Below, one piece after another: positions 20,333 to 30,216 of a stretch of 32,393 bases of DNA. Within the stretch, counting starts at the first letter, position 1. The number at the start of each line of letters is the position of its first letter. The notes beneath the pieces are model-generated. The model made no database searches. It worked only from the letters and a program-made list of their open reading frames with translations, and was not told where the DNA came from. The DNA is from Candidatus Eiseniibacteriota bacterium. Lineage in GTDB: Bacteria > Eisenbacteria > RBG-16-71-46. Location of the stretch: the NCBI GenBank assembly GCA_044222065.1, contig JBGAOA010000048.1:1-32393 (forward strand), read 5' to 3'. A program made the position numbers and the translations under genes.

Positions 20333-21047
20333 GCCTCGACTGCCTGTGCTTCGGCCCGCATCCCGACGACGTCGAACTGACGTGCGGCGGCCTCGCCGCG
20401 CTGCTCGCCTCGCACGGGCACGCCGTCGGCGTGTGCGATCTCACGCGCGGCGAACGCGCGCCGCGCGGCACGCCCGCCGAGCGCGCGCGCGAAGCGGCGG
20501 CGGCGGCCGAGGCGCTCGGCGTGCGGCGCACGACGCTCGGCCTGCCGGACCTCGGGCTCGACCACCGCGACCCCGCTCAGTTGCGCGCCGTCGTCGAGCT
20601 GATCCGCGCCGAGCGGCCGAGCCTCGTCGTGGCCCCCGACCGCGACGACGCGCATCCCGATCACATCGGGCCTCGCAGCTCGTCGCGCGCGCGTGCTACG
20701 TCGCGGGCCTCGCCGGGTACGACGCGGCGGGCGAGCGGCACCGGCCGCGCCGGCTGCTGTTCGCGATGTACCGCGGCGACGAGCGCCCGAGCCTCGTCGT
20801 GGACATCACGCCGGTGTGGGAGCGCCGCTCGGCGGCGCTGCGCGCGCACGCGAGCCAGCTCGACCCGGCGCGCGGGCCCGCGACGTACCTCACGCATCCC
20901 GGATTCCTCGCCGAGGTCGAAGCGCGCGCGCTCCACTTCGGCTCGCTGATCGGCGTGCGCTACGGCGAGGGCTTCCGCCTGCGCGGGCCCGTGCCGATCG
21001 CGGACGCGCGCGCGCTGCTCGAAGGCGGCAGGGAGGGACGACCGTGA
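20329..21047 (+). CDS. bshB1: Bacillithiol biosynthesis deacetylase BshB1 (PIG-L family; one apparent frameshift near 20668)
   Basis: GPHPDDVEL, DLTRGE, LPD, HPDH, then AHASQ and YGEGF in another frame. ATGA overlap with bshC; lies between bshC and bshA. Confidence 0.85.
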
Positions 21048-22249
21048 AGCGAACCGGAGGCCCCGGATCCGGGGGCGCGAAGCGCGCGGCGAAGTCCGCG
21101 AAGGCCGAGTCGGCGCGCAAGGCGCGCGCGAAGCGCGCGCGCCGCATCGGCATCACGTGCTACTCGCACTTCGGCGGCAGCGGCGTCGTCGCGACCGAAC
21201 TCGGGCTCGCGCTCGCTCGGCGCGGCTTCGAAGTGCACTTCATCGCGCACCGGCTGCCGTTCCGGCTCCGCATGTTCGAGTCGAACGTCTACTTCCACGA
21301 GGCGCTGCCGGCGACTTACCCGGTGTTCGATCAGGCGCCCTACAACCTCGCGCTCTCGACCAAGATGGTCGAGGTCGCGGAGCACTACAAGATCGAGGCG
21401 CTGCACGTTCACTACGCGATGCCGTTCGCGACCAGCGCGTACCTCGCGCGCCAGCTCATGCTGCCCGCGAAGCTCCCGGTCGTGACGACGCTGCACGGCA
21501 CGGACATCACGGTCGTCGGCGTCGAGCCCGCGTACTTTCGGATGACGCAGTTCAGCATCCAGAACAGCGACCGCGTCACCGCCGTGAGCCGCCACCTGCG
21601 CGACAACGCGGCGGCGACGTTCGGGATCACGAAGCCGATCGAGGTGGTCTACAACTTCGTGGACCCCGAGGTGTTCAAGCCCCACCGCACGCCCGGCCTG
21701 CGGCTCGTCCCGGCCAACAACCGGGTCATCATGCACGCCTCCAACTTCCGGCCGGTCAAGAACATCCCCACGGTCATTCAAGTGTTCGCCGAGGTGCGGC
21801 GGCGCCTGCCCTCGAAGCTCGTCATGGTGGGGGACGGCCCCGAGCGCGCGGGCGCGGAAACGCTCGCGCGGGAGCTCGGCGTCGAGCGCGACGTGCTGTT
21901 CCTCGGCAATCAGGATTGCATGGAGGAACTGCTGCCGCTGGCCGATGTCTTCTTATTGCCGAGCAGCTCGGAGAGCTTCGGCCTGGTCGCGCTCGAAGCG
22001 ATGTCGGCGGAGGTGCCGGTCGTGGCCTCGAACGCCGGCGGGCTGCCGGAAGTGATCGATCACGGTGTGACGGGATTCCTCCACGATTCGGGTCACGTCG
22101 ACGGCTTCGTCTCCTCGATCCTCAAGCTGCTCACGAACGACACCCTGCGACGGACGATGGGACGGCGCGCTCGCCGCGTGGCCCGCGCGCGATTCAGCGT
22201 GGACGAGATGGTTTCCCGCTACATCCAGGTCTACGACTCGCTGCGCTGA
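21044..22249 (+). CDS. bshA: N-acetyl-alpha-D-glucosaminyl L-malate synthase BshA
   Basis: IGITCY-x-x-FGGSGVVATELG, LHVHYAMP, TTLHGTDITVVG, HASNFRPVK, ESFGLVALEAM. GTGA overlap with bshB1. Confidence 0.93.
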   Translation: MKRTGGPGSGGAKRAAKSAKAESARKARAKRARRIGITCYSHFGGSGVVATELGLALARRGFEVHFIAHRLPFRLRMFESNVYFHEALPATYPVFDQAPYNLALSTKMVEVAEHYKIEALHVHYAMPFATSAYLARQLMLPAKLPVVTTLHGTDITVVGVEPAYFRMTQFSIQNSDRVTAVSRHLRDNAAATFGITKPIEVVYNFVDPEVFKPHRTPGLRLVPANNRVIMHASNFRPVKNIPTVIQVFAEVRRRLPSKLVMVGDGPERAGAETLARELGVERDVLFLGNQDCMEELLPLADVFLLPSSSESFGLVALEAMSAEVPVVASNAGGLPEVIDHGVTGFLHDSGHVDGFVSSILKLLTNDTLRRTMGRRARRVARARFSVDEMVSRYIQVYDSLR

Positions 22250-22253
22250 GCCC

Positions 22254-23333
22254 ATGTCCGATCCCTCGCCGAAGCTCGTCCTCCTCGCGGAAGGCCGCTT
22301 CGAACCGAACGACGCGAAGAGCGCGGTGGGCGTCCTGCGCTACCGCCCGGAACGCGTGTGCGCCGTGCTCGACTCCACGCGCGCGGGCGCGCGTGCGGGC
22401 GATCTCGTGGGCGTGGGCGGCGACGTGCCCGTCGTCGCGTCGCTCGATCACGCCGCGCCGCTCGGCGCGGGCGCGCTGCTGATCGGCATCGCGCCGCAGG
22501 GCGGCGGCCTGCCCGAAGCGTGGCGCGCGGTGATCCGCGACGCGCTCGGCCGCGGCTGGGACGTGTGGTCGGGCCTGCACGAGTTCCTCGCCGACGATCC
22601 CGAGTTCGCCGCGCTCGCCTCCGCGCGCGGCGCGGCGCTCCACGACGTGCGGCGCGCGCCCGCGGACCGGCCGATCGCCGCGGCGCGCGCCGCGCGCGTG
22701 GACGCGCAGGTCGTGCTCACGATCGGCACCGATTGCAACGTCGGCAAGATGACGGCCGCGCTCGAGATCGAGCGCGCGCTCGCCGCGCACGGCGCGCGGG
22801 CGCGCTTCGTCGCGACCGGACAGACGGGGATCTTCATCGCGGGCGGCGGCGTCGCCGTGGACGCCGTGCCGTCGGACTTCGTCGCGGGCCACGCCGAGCG
22901 CCTCGTGCTCGAGGCGGCGCGCGAGGCGGACGTCGTGCTCGTCGAGGGGCAGGGCTCGCTGTTCCACCCGGCCTACTCGGGCGTGACGCTCGGGCTGCTG
23001 CACGGCGCGGCGCCGTCCGCGCTCGTGCTGTGTCACGACGCCGCGCGCACGCACCTGCGCTACGGCGCGAACGACGCGGAAGCGATCGCGATCCCGCCGC
23101 TCGCGCGCGTGCGCGAAGCGTGCGAGCGCGCCGCCGCGTGGGTGCGCCCGGCGCCCGTCGTCGCGGCCGCCCTCAACACGCGCGCGCTCGCCGAGCGCGA
23201 GGCGCGCGCCGCGTGCGAGCGCGCCGCCGCCGAACTCGGCGTGCCCGCGACCGATCCCGTGCGGTTCGGAGCCGGCCCGATCGCCGACGCGCTGCTCGCG
23301 CGTTCCCGGAGGACGCATGCGCCTCACGTTTGA
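22254..23333 (+). CDS. DUF1611 family protein (DgcN-like N-acetyltransferase candidate)
   Basis: AKSAVGVLRY, GIAPQGG, SGLHEFL, GTDCNVGKMT, ATGQTGI, DAVPSDFVAG, VEGQGSLFHPAYSGVTLGLLHG. Confidence 0.88.
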   Translation: MSDPSPKLVLLAEGRFEPNDAKSAVGVLRYRPERVCAVLDSTRAGARAGDLVGVGGDVPVVASLDHAAPLGAGALLIGIAPQGGGLPEAWRAVIRDALGRGWDVWSGLHEFLADDPEFAALASARGAALHDVRRAPADRPIAAARAARVDAQVVLTIGTDCNVGKMTAALEIERALAAHGARARFVATGQTGIFIAGGGVAVDAVPSDFVAGHAERLVLEAAREADVVLVEGQGSLFHPAYSGVTLGLLHGAAPSALVLCHDAARTHLRYGANDAEAIAIPPLARVREACERAAAWVRPAPVVAAALNTRALAEREARAACERAAAELGVPATDPVRFGAGPIADALLARSRRTHAPHV

Positions 23334-24339
23334 GCCGCTCCCGGTCGAGACGATCTTCGAGTTCCGCATCGCCCACGGCGCGAAGCGCGGCCACGAGAAC
23401 ACGCTCGTGCGCCTCGAGCACGACGGCGTGGTCGGGCTCGGCGAGGCGTCGCCGTCGCACTACTACGGCGAGTCGCCCGCGCTCGTGCGCGAGGCGCTCG
23501 CGCACTGGGCGCCGTGCCTCGGCGAGGACCCGTTCGCGCTCGACGCGATCGAGGCGCGCCTCGATGCCGCGCTCCACGGCCACGGCGCGGCGCGCGCCGC
23601 GCTCGAGATGGCGCTGCACGACTGGATCGGCAAGCGCCTCGGCCTGCCGGTGTGGAAGCTGTTCGGGCTCGATCCCGCGCGCACGCCGCTGTCGTGCGTC
23701 ACGCTCGGCATGGCGAGCCCCGAGGAGATGGAGACGAAGCTCGCGACCGTGCGCGAGTTCCCGCGCATCAAGGTGAAGCTCGGCGCGCCCGGCGACGTGG
23801 ACAACCTGCGCCGCATCCGCGCGAACTACGGCGGCATGCTGCAGGTGGACGCGAACGCGGCGTGGAGCCCGGCCGACGCGGTGCGCGTACTGCGCGCGAT
23901 CGAACCGCTCGGCGTCGAGCTCGTCGAGCAGCCGGTCGCGCGCGAGGATCTCGACGGACTGCGCTGGGTGCGCGAGCGCGTCGGCATCCCGGTGTTCGCG
24001 GACGAGAGCTGCCACCACGCGCGCGATCTCGCGAACCTCGTCGGACGCGTCGACGGCGTGAACCTGAAGATCATGAAATCGGGCGGCCTGCGCGAGATGC
24101 TGCGCACGATCCACGCCGCGCGCGCGCTCGGGCTCAAGATCATGCTCGGCTCGATGGTCGAGACGAGTCTGGGGCTGACCGCGGCGGCTCAGGTCGCGCC
24201 GCTCGCCGACTACCTCGACCTGGACGGCCACTGGCTGATCCGCGACGACCCGTTCGAGGGTGCGCCGCGCGAGCGCGGCGTGATCGCGCTGGTCGACCGC
24301 CCGGGTCTCGGCGTGACGCCGGCGGGGGCGCGCGCGTGA
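23317..24339 (+). CDS. Enolase-superfamily dipeptide (L-Ala-D/L-Glu) epimerase, DgcA-like
   Basis: FRIAHG, GLGEA, KVKLG (KxK), metal ligands VDAN / EQP / ADES, NLKIMKSGG, GSMVET, and the DLDG motif typical of dipeptide epimerases. Confidence 0.9.
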   Translation: MRLTFEPLPVETIFEFRIAHGAKRGHENTLVRLEHDGVVGLGEASPSHYYGESPALVREALAHWAPCLGEDPFALDAIEARLDAALHGHGAARAALEMALHDWIGKRLGLPVWKLFGLDPARTPLSCVTLGMASPEEMETKLATVREFPRIKVKLGAPGDVDNLRRIRANYGGMLQVDANAAWSPADAVRVLRAIEPLGVELVEQPVAREDLDGLRWVRERVGIPVFADESCHHARDLANLVGRVDGVNLKIMKSGGLREMLRTIHAARALGLKIMLGSMVETSLGLTAAAQVAPLADYLDLDGHWLIRDDPFEGAPRERGVIALVDRPGLGVTPAGARA

Positions 24340-25769
24340 GCCGCACGCTCGTCGCGTACGTCGCGGCGGTGTGCGTCGCGGCCGCGGCGCTGCTCGCGCT
24401 GTACATGCCCGTGCGCGCGCAGGACCTGTGGGGCCACTACCTCGCGTGGACGGTGCTGTGCGTGCTGTCCGAGAGCATGTGGCTGCGCGTGCTCTCGGGC
24501 GACTCGACCTCCAGCATGGGCTCGACCGCGGGACTCGCGGCGATCGTGCTGTGGGGCCCCGGACCCTCCATGTGGATCGGCGCCGCGAGCACGCTCGTCG
24601 CCGAACTCGTGCTGCTGCGCAAGCCGTGGGTGCGCGCGCTCTTCAACTCGGCGCAGATCACGGTGACGACGTGGGCGGGGGCGACGGTGTTCATCGCGCT
24701 CGGCGGCCACCCGAACGGCCTCGCGTTCGCGTCGGGCGAGTCGGGCACCGATCTCGCGGGCCGGCTCGCGCTGCCCGTCGCGGCGCTGTTCACCGCGTAC
24801 TTCATCGTGAACCGCTCGCTCGTGGCGGGCGCGGTCTCGCTCTCGAGCGGCCGGCCGTGGCTGCGCGTGCTGCGTGAGGACTGGTTCTATCGCGACCGCC
24901 TGCTCGACGACGCGGCGGCATTCCTGCTTTCGCCGCTCATGGTGATCTCGTACCGCGCGATCGGTTACCTCGGCGTCGTGCTGTTCTACGTGCCGCTGCG
25001 ACTCGTGCACGAGTCCACGAAGCGCTACATCGAACTCCGCGGCGCGCAGCAGCAGATGATCCACAGCGAGCGCATGGCCGCGAAGGGCGAAATGGCCGCC
25101 GAGGTCGGGCACGAGCTGCGCAACCAGCTCGCCGCGATCAGCGGCCGCGCGCAGATGCTGCTGCGCGACGCCGAGCGCGGCCGCAACGAGAACATCCCGC
25201 GCCACGCGCAGATCATCCTCGAGCAGTCCCGCCACATGGAGGGGCTGTCGAAGGGGCTCATGGACTTCTCCCGCGCCGAACTGCAGATGGAGGCGATGGA
25301 CCTGAACGCGCTCATCGCGAAGTCCGTCGAGTTCGTCCGCACGCAGAACAGGTTCGACGGCGTCGAGTGGGACCTGCGCCTCTCCGAGCCCGCGCCGATG
25401 CTCCACGCCGACCCGGGCCAGCTGCAGCAGGTGCTGCTGAACCTGTTCATCAACGCCGCGGACGCGATGAACGAGAAGGCGGTCGGGCGGAAGCAGATCG
25501 CGGTGACGAGCAACGCGGACGAGCGCACGCGCAAGGTCCGCATCGTGGTCGTGGATACCGGCACCGGCATCGCCGCCGCCAATCTCGCGCGCGTGTTCGA
25601 GCCGAAGTTCACGACCAAGCCGACCGGCCACGGATTCGGGCTCTCGACGTCGTACCGCATCATCCAGAACCACGGCGGACGCGTTTGGGCCGAGAGCCCG
25701 CCGGGACAGGGCGCCATGTTCACGATCGAGCTGCCGCTCGACCGGCAGGGGCTCGCCTGGACCCGCTGA
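24336..25769 (+). CDS. Membrane-bound sensor histidine kinase (NtrB-like HisKA-HATPase)
   Basis: About 6-7 N-terminal TM helices; SERMAAKGEMAAEVGHELRNQL (H-box), QVLLNLFINAADA (N), DTGTGI (G1), FEPKFTTK (F), GHGFGLS (G2). GTGA overlap. Confidence 0.92.
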   Translation: MSRTLVAYVAAVCVAAAALLALYMPVRAQDLWGHYLAWTVLCVLSESMWLRVLSGDSTSSMGSTAGLAAIVLWGPGPSMWIGAASTLVAELVLLRKPWVRALFNSAQITVTTWAGATVFIALGGHPNGLAFASGESGTDLAGRLALPVAALFTAYFIVNRSLVAGAVSLSSGRPWLRVLREDWFYRDRLLDDAAAFLLSPLMVISYRAIGYLGVVLFYVPLRLVHESTKRYIELRGAQQQMIHSERMAAKGEMAAEVGHELRNQLAAISGRAQMLLRDAERGRNENIPRHAQIILEQSRHMEGLSKGLMDFSRAELQMEAMDLNALIAKSVEFVRTQNRFDGVEWDLRLSEPAPMLHADPGQLQQVLLNLFINAADAMNEKAVGRKQIAVTSNADERTRKVRIVVVDTGTGIAAANLARVFEPKFTTKPTGHGFGLSTSYRIIQNHGGRVWAESPPGQGAMFTIELPLDRQGLAWTR

Positions 25770-25771
25770 GC

Positions 25772-26728
25772 GTGCGCCGCGTCCCCGACTCGGGCGTCGT
25801 CGCGCGCGTCGACTTCGCGAACTGCGTGCTCCAGCCCGACGCGGGCGAGGCGTTCGAAGCGACGGTGCGCGGCAAGCTCATGGGCCGGCGCAAATCGCTC
25901 GGCAACGCCGTCGTCGTCGGCGACCGGGTTCGCGTCGAGTGGGAGGCCGAGCGCGCGGCGGTCGTCGAAGTCGAGCCGCGCCGCAACGCGTTCAGCCGGC
26001 GGGCCGCGGGAGAGCGTCCCGAGGAGCAGGTCGTCGCGGCGAACCTCGACCAGGTCGTCGTCGTGACCGCGCTCGACGATCCTCCGTTCCGCGCCGGCTT
26101 CGTGGACCGCGTGCTGAGCCAGGCCGAGCACGCCGGACTGCCCGCGCGGCTCGTCGTCAACAAGCTCGACCTCGGCGCGCGCGCCGACGCCGACGCGATC
26201 GCCGCCGACTACGCCCGCGCGGGCTACCCCGCGCACCTCGTGTGCGCCAGGAGCGGCGCGGGGGTCGAAGCGTTGCGGCACGCGTGCGAGCGGCGGCGCA
26301 GCCTGCTCATCGGGCAATCCGGCGTCGGCAAGAGCACGCTGCTCAACCGGCTCGCGCCCGGCTTCGACCTGCTCGCGGGCGAAGTGAACGCGAAGACGGG
26401 GAAGGGCCGGCACACGACGACCGCGGCGCTGCTGCTCACGCCCGAAGCCGGCCTCGAGCTGATCGACACGCCGGGCGTGCGCGGCTTCGCGCTCTGGGGC
26501 ATCACGGCCGCGGATCTCGAGCAGGCCTACGTCGAGTTCCGGCGATTCCTCGGCGAATGCCGCTTCAACGACTGCCGGCACCGGGACGAGCCCGGCTGCG
26601 CGCTCGTCGCGGCGCTCGCCGCGGGGCACCTCACGCAGCGGCGCTGGGACTCGTTCCTCAAGCTGCGCGAAGAGCTCGAGCGCGAATCGGACGCCCCCGC
26701 GCGCCGCCCGGCGCGCGGCCGCGCCTGA
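25772..26728 (+). CDS. rsgA: Ribosome small subunit-dependent GTPase A
   Basis: VVGDRV OB-fold, AANLD, VNKLDL, GQSGVGKSTLLN, KGRHTTT, DTPG, Zn-finger CRFNDCRHRDEPGC. Start uncertain (GTG 25772 or CTG 25766). Confidence 0.95.
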   Translation: MRRVPDSGVVARVDFANCVLQPDAGEAFEATVRGKLMGRRKSLGNAVVVGDRVRVEWEAERAAVVEVEPRRNAFSRRAAGERPEEQVVAANLDQVVVVTALDDPPFRAGFVDRVLSQAEHAGLPARLVVNKLDLGARADADAIAADYARAGYPAHLVCARSGAGVEALRHACERRRSLLIGQSGVGKSTLLNRLAPGFDLLAGEVNAKTGKGRHTTTAALLLTPEAGLELIDTPGVRGFALWGITAADLEQAYVEFRRFLGECRFNDCRHRDEPGCALVAALAAGHLTQRRWDSFLKLREELERESDAPARRPARGRA

Positions 26729-26855
26729 CGAAGCGCGCGCCGCGTCCCACGGCGGCGCGCTGCCCGGTTGTCGCTCGGGCCCTCGCCTTCGCGCACCGCG
26801 CGCCCGGGCCGCGCGCCACCGACGGCGCCGGACGCGATGCGCTATCCTGCCGCCG

Positions 26856-28094
26856 ATGTCCCGCGCGACCCCGGCCTTCCAAACGCACTTCGAAGGATTC
26901 GAGTGCTCCGTGTGCGGCGCGACGTGCGACGCGTCGGCCCCGCGCTCCGTGTGCCCTTCGTGCGGGAAGCCGCTCGTCGCGCGTTACGACCTCGCCGCGA
27001 TCGCTCGCGCGACGCCGCGCGAATCGCTCGCGCGCTTCGGCACCGACCTGTGGCGCTACCGCGCGGTGCTGCCGTTCGCCGCCGACTTCCCGGCCGTGCG
27101 GCTCGGCGAGGGCGGCACGCCGCTGCTGCCGCTCGCGCGCCTCGGCGAGGAACTCGGCGTCGCCGAGCTGTGGATGAAGGAGGAGAGCGGCAACCCGACG
27201 CAGTCGTTCAAGGCGCGCGGGCTCGCGCTCGCGGTCGACGGCGCGCTCGCGTTCGGCGTGCGCGGCATCGCGCTGCCGAGCGCGGGCAACGCGGGCTCGG
27301 CGGCGGCGGCGTACGCGGCGGCCGCCGGGCTGCCGTGCCGCGTCGTCGTGCCCGACGACACGCCCGATGCGTTCGTGCTCGAGGTGATGGCGTTCGGTGC
27401 CGAGGTGAAGCTGGTGCCCGGAACGATCGCCGACGCGGGCCGCGAGTGCGCGGCGTGGGCGCCGGCGTCCGAGTGGTGGAACGTCGCGACGTTTCGTGAG
27501 CCGTTCCGGCTCGAGGGCAAGAAGACGCTCGGCTACGAGATCGCCGAGCAGTCGCGCTGGGACCCGCCCGACGTCATCGTCTACCCGGCGGGCGGCGGCA
27601 CGGGCCTGGTCGGCCTGTGGCGCGCGTTCGGCGAACTGCACGCGCTCGGCTGGATGACGCGTCCCGCGCCGCGCCTCGTCGCGGTGCAGCCGCGCGGATG
27701 CGCGCCGATCGTGCGCGCGATCGAAGCGGGCGCGCAGGCGATCGAGCCGTGGGGCGACGCGCACACGCTCGCGATGGGACTGCGCGTGCCGGCGCCGTTC
27801 GCGGACGCGCTCATCCTGCGCGCGATCCGCGAGACCGGCGGCACGGCGGTCGCGGTGAGCGAAGAGGATCTGCTCGACGGCATGAACGACCTCGCGGGCT
27901 CGGAGGGCCTGTTCGTCTGCCCCGAGGGCGGCGCGACGCTCGCGGCGCTCCGGCAGCTGCTCGCGAGCGGCGAGGTGAAGCGCACGGAGCGCGTCGCGCT
28001 GTTCGACACCGGCAGCGGGCTCAAGTATCTCGAGGCGTGGCGGGCCGCGGCGGCGCGCCGGCGCGACCCCGCGGCCGCGCGGAGCGGTTCGTGA
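26856..28094 (+). CDS. thrC: Threonine synthase-like PLP enzyme (fold type II) with N-terminal Zn-ribbon
   Basis: CSVC...[26 protein letters not shown] (PLP Lys), [32 protein letters not shown]. Confidence 0.82.
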   Translation: MSRATPAFQTHFEGFECSVCGATCDASAPRSVCPSCGKPLVARYDLAAIARATPRESLARFGTDLWRYRAVLPFAADFPAVRLGEGGTPLLPLARLGEELGVAELWMKEESGNPTQSFKARGLALAVDGALAFGVRGIALPSAGNAGSAAAAYAAAAGLPCRVVVPDDTPDAFVLEVMAFGAEVKLVPGTIADAGRECAAWAPASEWWNVATFREPFRLEGKKTLGYEIAEQSRWDPPDVIVYPAGGGTGLVGLWRAFGELHALGWMTRPAPRLVAVQPRGCAPIVRAIEAGAQAIEPWGDAHTLAMGLRVPAPFADALILRAIRETGGTAVAVSEEDLLDGMNDLAGSEGLFVCPEGGATLAALRQLLASGEVKRTERVALFDTGSGLKYLEAWRAAAARRRDPAAARSGS

Positions 28095-29395
28095 ACGCGC
28101 GGCGCGCGATCCCGGCGGCGCTCGCGCTGCTCCTCGCGTTCGCGGCGTTCGCGCACGCGAAGGCGCCGCGCGGCGAGGGCCGCGTGCTCGTGGTCGAGAT
28201 CACGGGCGCGATCTCGCCCGTCACGGCCGAGGCGCTCGACGAGGCCTGCACGCGCGCCGAGGACGAACGCTACGAGGCGCTCGTGGTCGAGATCGACACG
28301 CCGGGCGGACTCGAGTCGAGCATGCGCCAGATGGTGAAGCGGCTGCTCGCGTGCGAGACGCCGACGATCGCGTGGGTCACGCCCCCGGGCGGACACGCGG
28401 CCTCCGCCGGCGTGTTCGTCACGATGGCGGCCGACGTCGCCGCGATGAGCCCGGGCACGAACATCGGCGCCGCCACGCCCGTGAACCTGCAGGGCGGCAT
28501 GGATTCGACGCTCGCGCGCAAGGCCACGAACGACGCGGCCGCCTTTGCGCGCACGGTCGCCGAGCAGCGGCGCCGCAACGTCGCGTGGGCGGAGCGCGCG
28601 GTGCGCGAGGCGGTCGCGGCGAGCGAGCGCGAGGCGGTCGAGCAGGACATCGTGGACTTCGTCGCGCCGACGCTCGACAGCCTGCTCGCGCTCGCCGACG
28701 GCCGCGCGATCGAGCGCCACGGCGTGACGCGCGAGCTGCGCGTGAAGGGGCTGCCGCACGACCGCATCGAGCCCGGGCTCAGGCGCCGGCTGCTCGCGAT
28801 CCTCACCGATCCGAACGTCGCGTACATCCTGCTCATGCTCGGCTTCTACGGGCTCCTGTTCGAGCTGCAGAACCCGGGCGCGATCCTGCCGGGCATCGTC
28901 GGCGGCATCTGCCTCGTGCTCGCGTTCCTCGCGCTCTCGACGCTGCCGGTGAACGCGGCCGGCGTCGCGCTGATCGTGCTCGCGATCGTGTTCTTCGTCG
29001 CCGAGATCAAGGTGACGAGCCACGGGCTGCTGTCGGCGGGCGGCGTCATCTCGCTGACGCTCGGTTCGCTCATCCTGTTCCAGGGCGACGCCGCGCGCGT
29101 GTCGTGGAGCGTGATCGGCGCGGCGGTGCTCGCGACGTTCCTGTTCTTCACGTTCGTCGTCGGCGCCGGGCCTTATGCCCAGCGCCGTCGCGTCGAGAGC
29201 GGCACCGCGGGTATGGTGGGCCGGCGCGCGAGCGTCGTGGAGCGCGTCGCGCCCGACGGCTGGGTGCGCGTGGACGGCGAGCTGTGGCGCGCCGTGTCGG
29301 AATCGCCCGTGGATGCGGGCGAAGAGGTCGAGATCACCGGGGTGGACGGACTGACCGTCCGGGTCCGCCCCTCGTCCAGGGAGGCGCGGTCATGA
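28091..29395 (+). CDS. nfeD: Full-length NfeD membrane-bound ClpP-class serine protease
   Basis: Signal peptide, DTPGG, AASAG, IGAATPV, TM block (DPNVAYILL...ELQNPG), C-terminal OB domain ([12 protein letters not shown]). GTGA overlap. Confidence 0.92.
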   Translation: MNARRAIPAALALLLAFAAFAHAKAPRGEGRVLVVEITGAISPVTAEALDEACTRAEDERYEALVVEIDTPGGLESSMRQMVKRLLACETPTIAWVTPPGGHAASAGVFVTMAADVAAMSPGTNIGAATPVNLQGGMDSTLARKATNDAAAFARTVAEQRRRNVAWAERAVREAVAASEREAVEQDIVDFVAPTLDSLLALADGRAIERHGVTRELRVKGLPHDRIEPGLRRRLLAILTDPNVAYILLMLGFYGLLFELQNPGAILPGIVGGICLVLAFLALSTLPVNAAGVALIVLAIVFFVAEIKVTSHGLLSAGGVISLTLGSLILFQGDAARVSWSVIGAAVLATFLFFTFVVGAGPYAQRRRVESGTAGMVGRRASVVERVAPDGWVRVDGELWRAVSESPVDAGEEVEITGVDGLTVRVRPSSREARS

Positions 29396-30149
29396 TCGGT
29401 CAGTCGCTCATCGTCCTGGTGTTCCTGGTGTTCCTCGCGCTCGTCGTGCTCGCGAACGCGATCCGCGTCGTGCGCGAGTACGAGCGCCTCGTCGTCTTCC
29501 GGCTCGGCCGCCTCGTCGGCGAACGCGGGCCGGGACTCGTGCTGCTGATCCCGGTCGTGGACCAGGCGATCAAGGTCGGCATCCGCACCGTCACGATGGA
29601 CGTGCCGCCGCAGGACCTCATCACCAAGGACAACGTCTCGGTGAAGGTGAACGCCGTCATCTACTTCAAGGTCGTCGCGGCGCAGGAGGCGATCACGAAG
29701 GTCGAGAACTACCTGTTCGCGACCTCGCAGCTCGCGCAGACCACGCTGCGCTCGATCCTCGGCCAGCAGGAGCTCGACGAGCTGCTCTCCGAGCGCGAGA
29801 AGTTCAACCAGGCGCTGCAGCAGGTGATCGACCGCACGACCGAGACGTGGGGCGTGAAGGTGACGAACGTCGAGATCAAGAACGTGGACCTGCCGCAGGA
29901 GATGCAGCGCGCGATCGCCCGCCAGGCCGAGGCCGAACGCGAGCGCCGCGCGAAGGTCATCAACGCGGAGGGCGAGTACCAGGCCGCGGCGCGCCTCGCC
30001 GAGGCGGCCGCGGTCATCTCGCGCGAGCCGGCGGCGCTGCAGCTGCGCTACCTGCAGACGCTCGCGGAGATCGCGACCGAGAACAACTCGACGACGATCT
30101 TCCCGGTGCCCGTGGACTGCAGGCCTTCATGACGTCCGCCCATCGATGA
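29392..30149 (+). CDS. SPFH/stomatin-like (slipin) protein
   Basis: [58 protein letters not shown]. As assembled it stops at 30132; a likely indel near 30117 would give a QAFMTSAHR end at 30149. Confidence 0.92.
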
Positions 30150-30216
30150 AGCCTGAGGACCGCCGCCCTGTGCCGTGCCCGCCCCTCCCGGCGATCACCG
30201 CCCCACCAGGACCGTC

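Noticed and set aside
18721..21047. Programmed frameshifting or phase variation in bshC/bshB1
   Set aside because: Too many breaks, no slippery heptamers or long simple repeats, and the same error pattern appears in unrelated genes.
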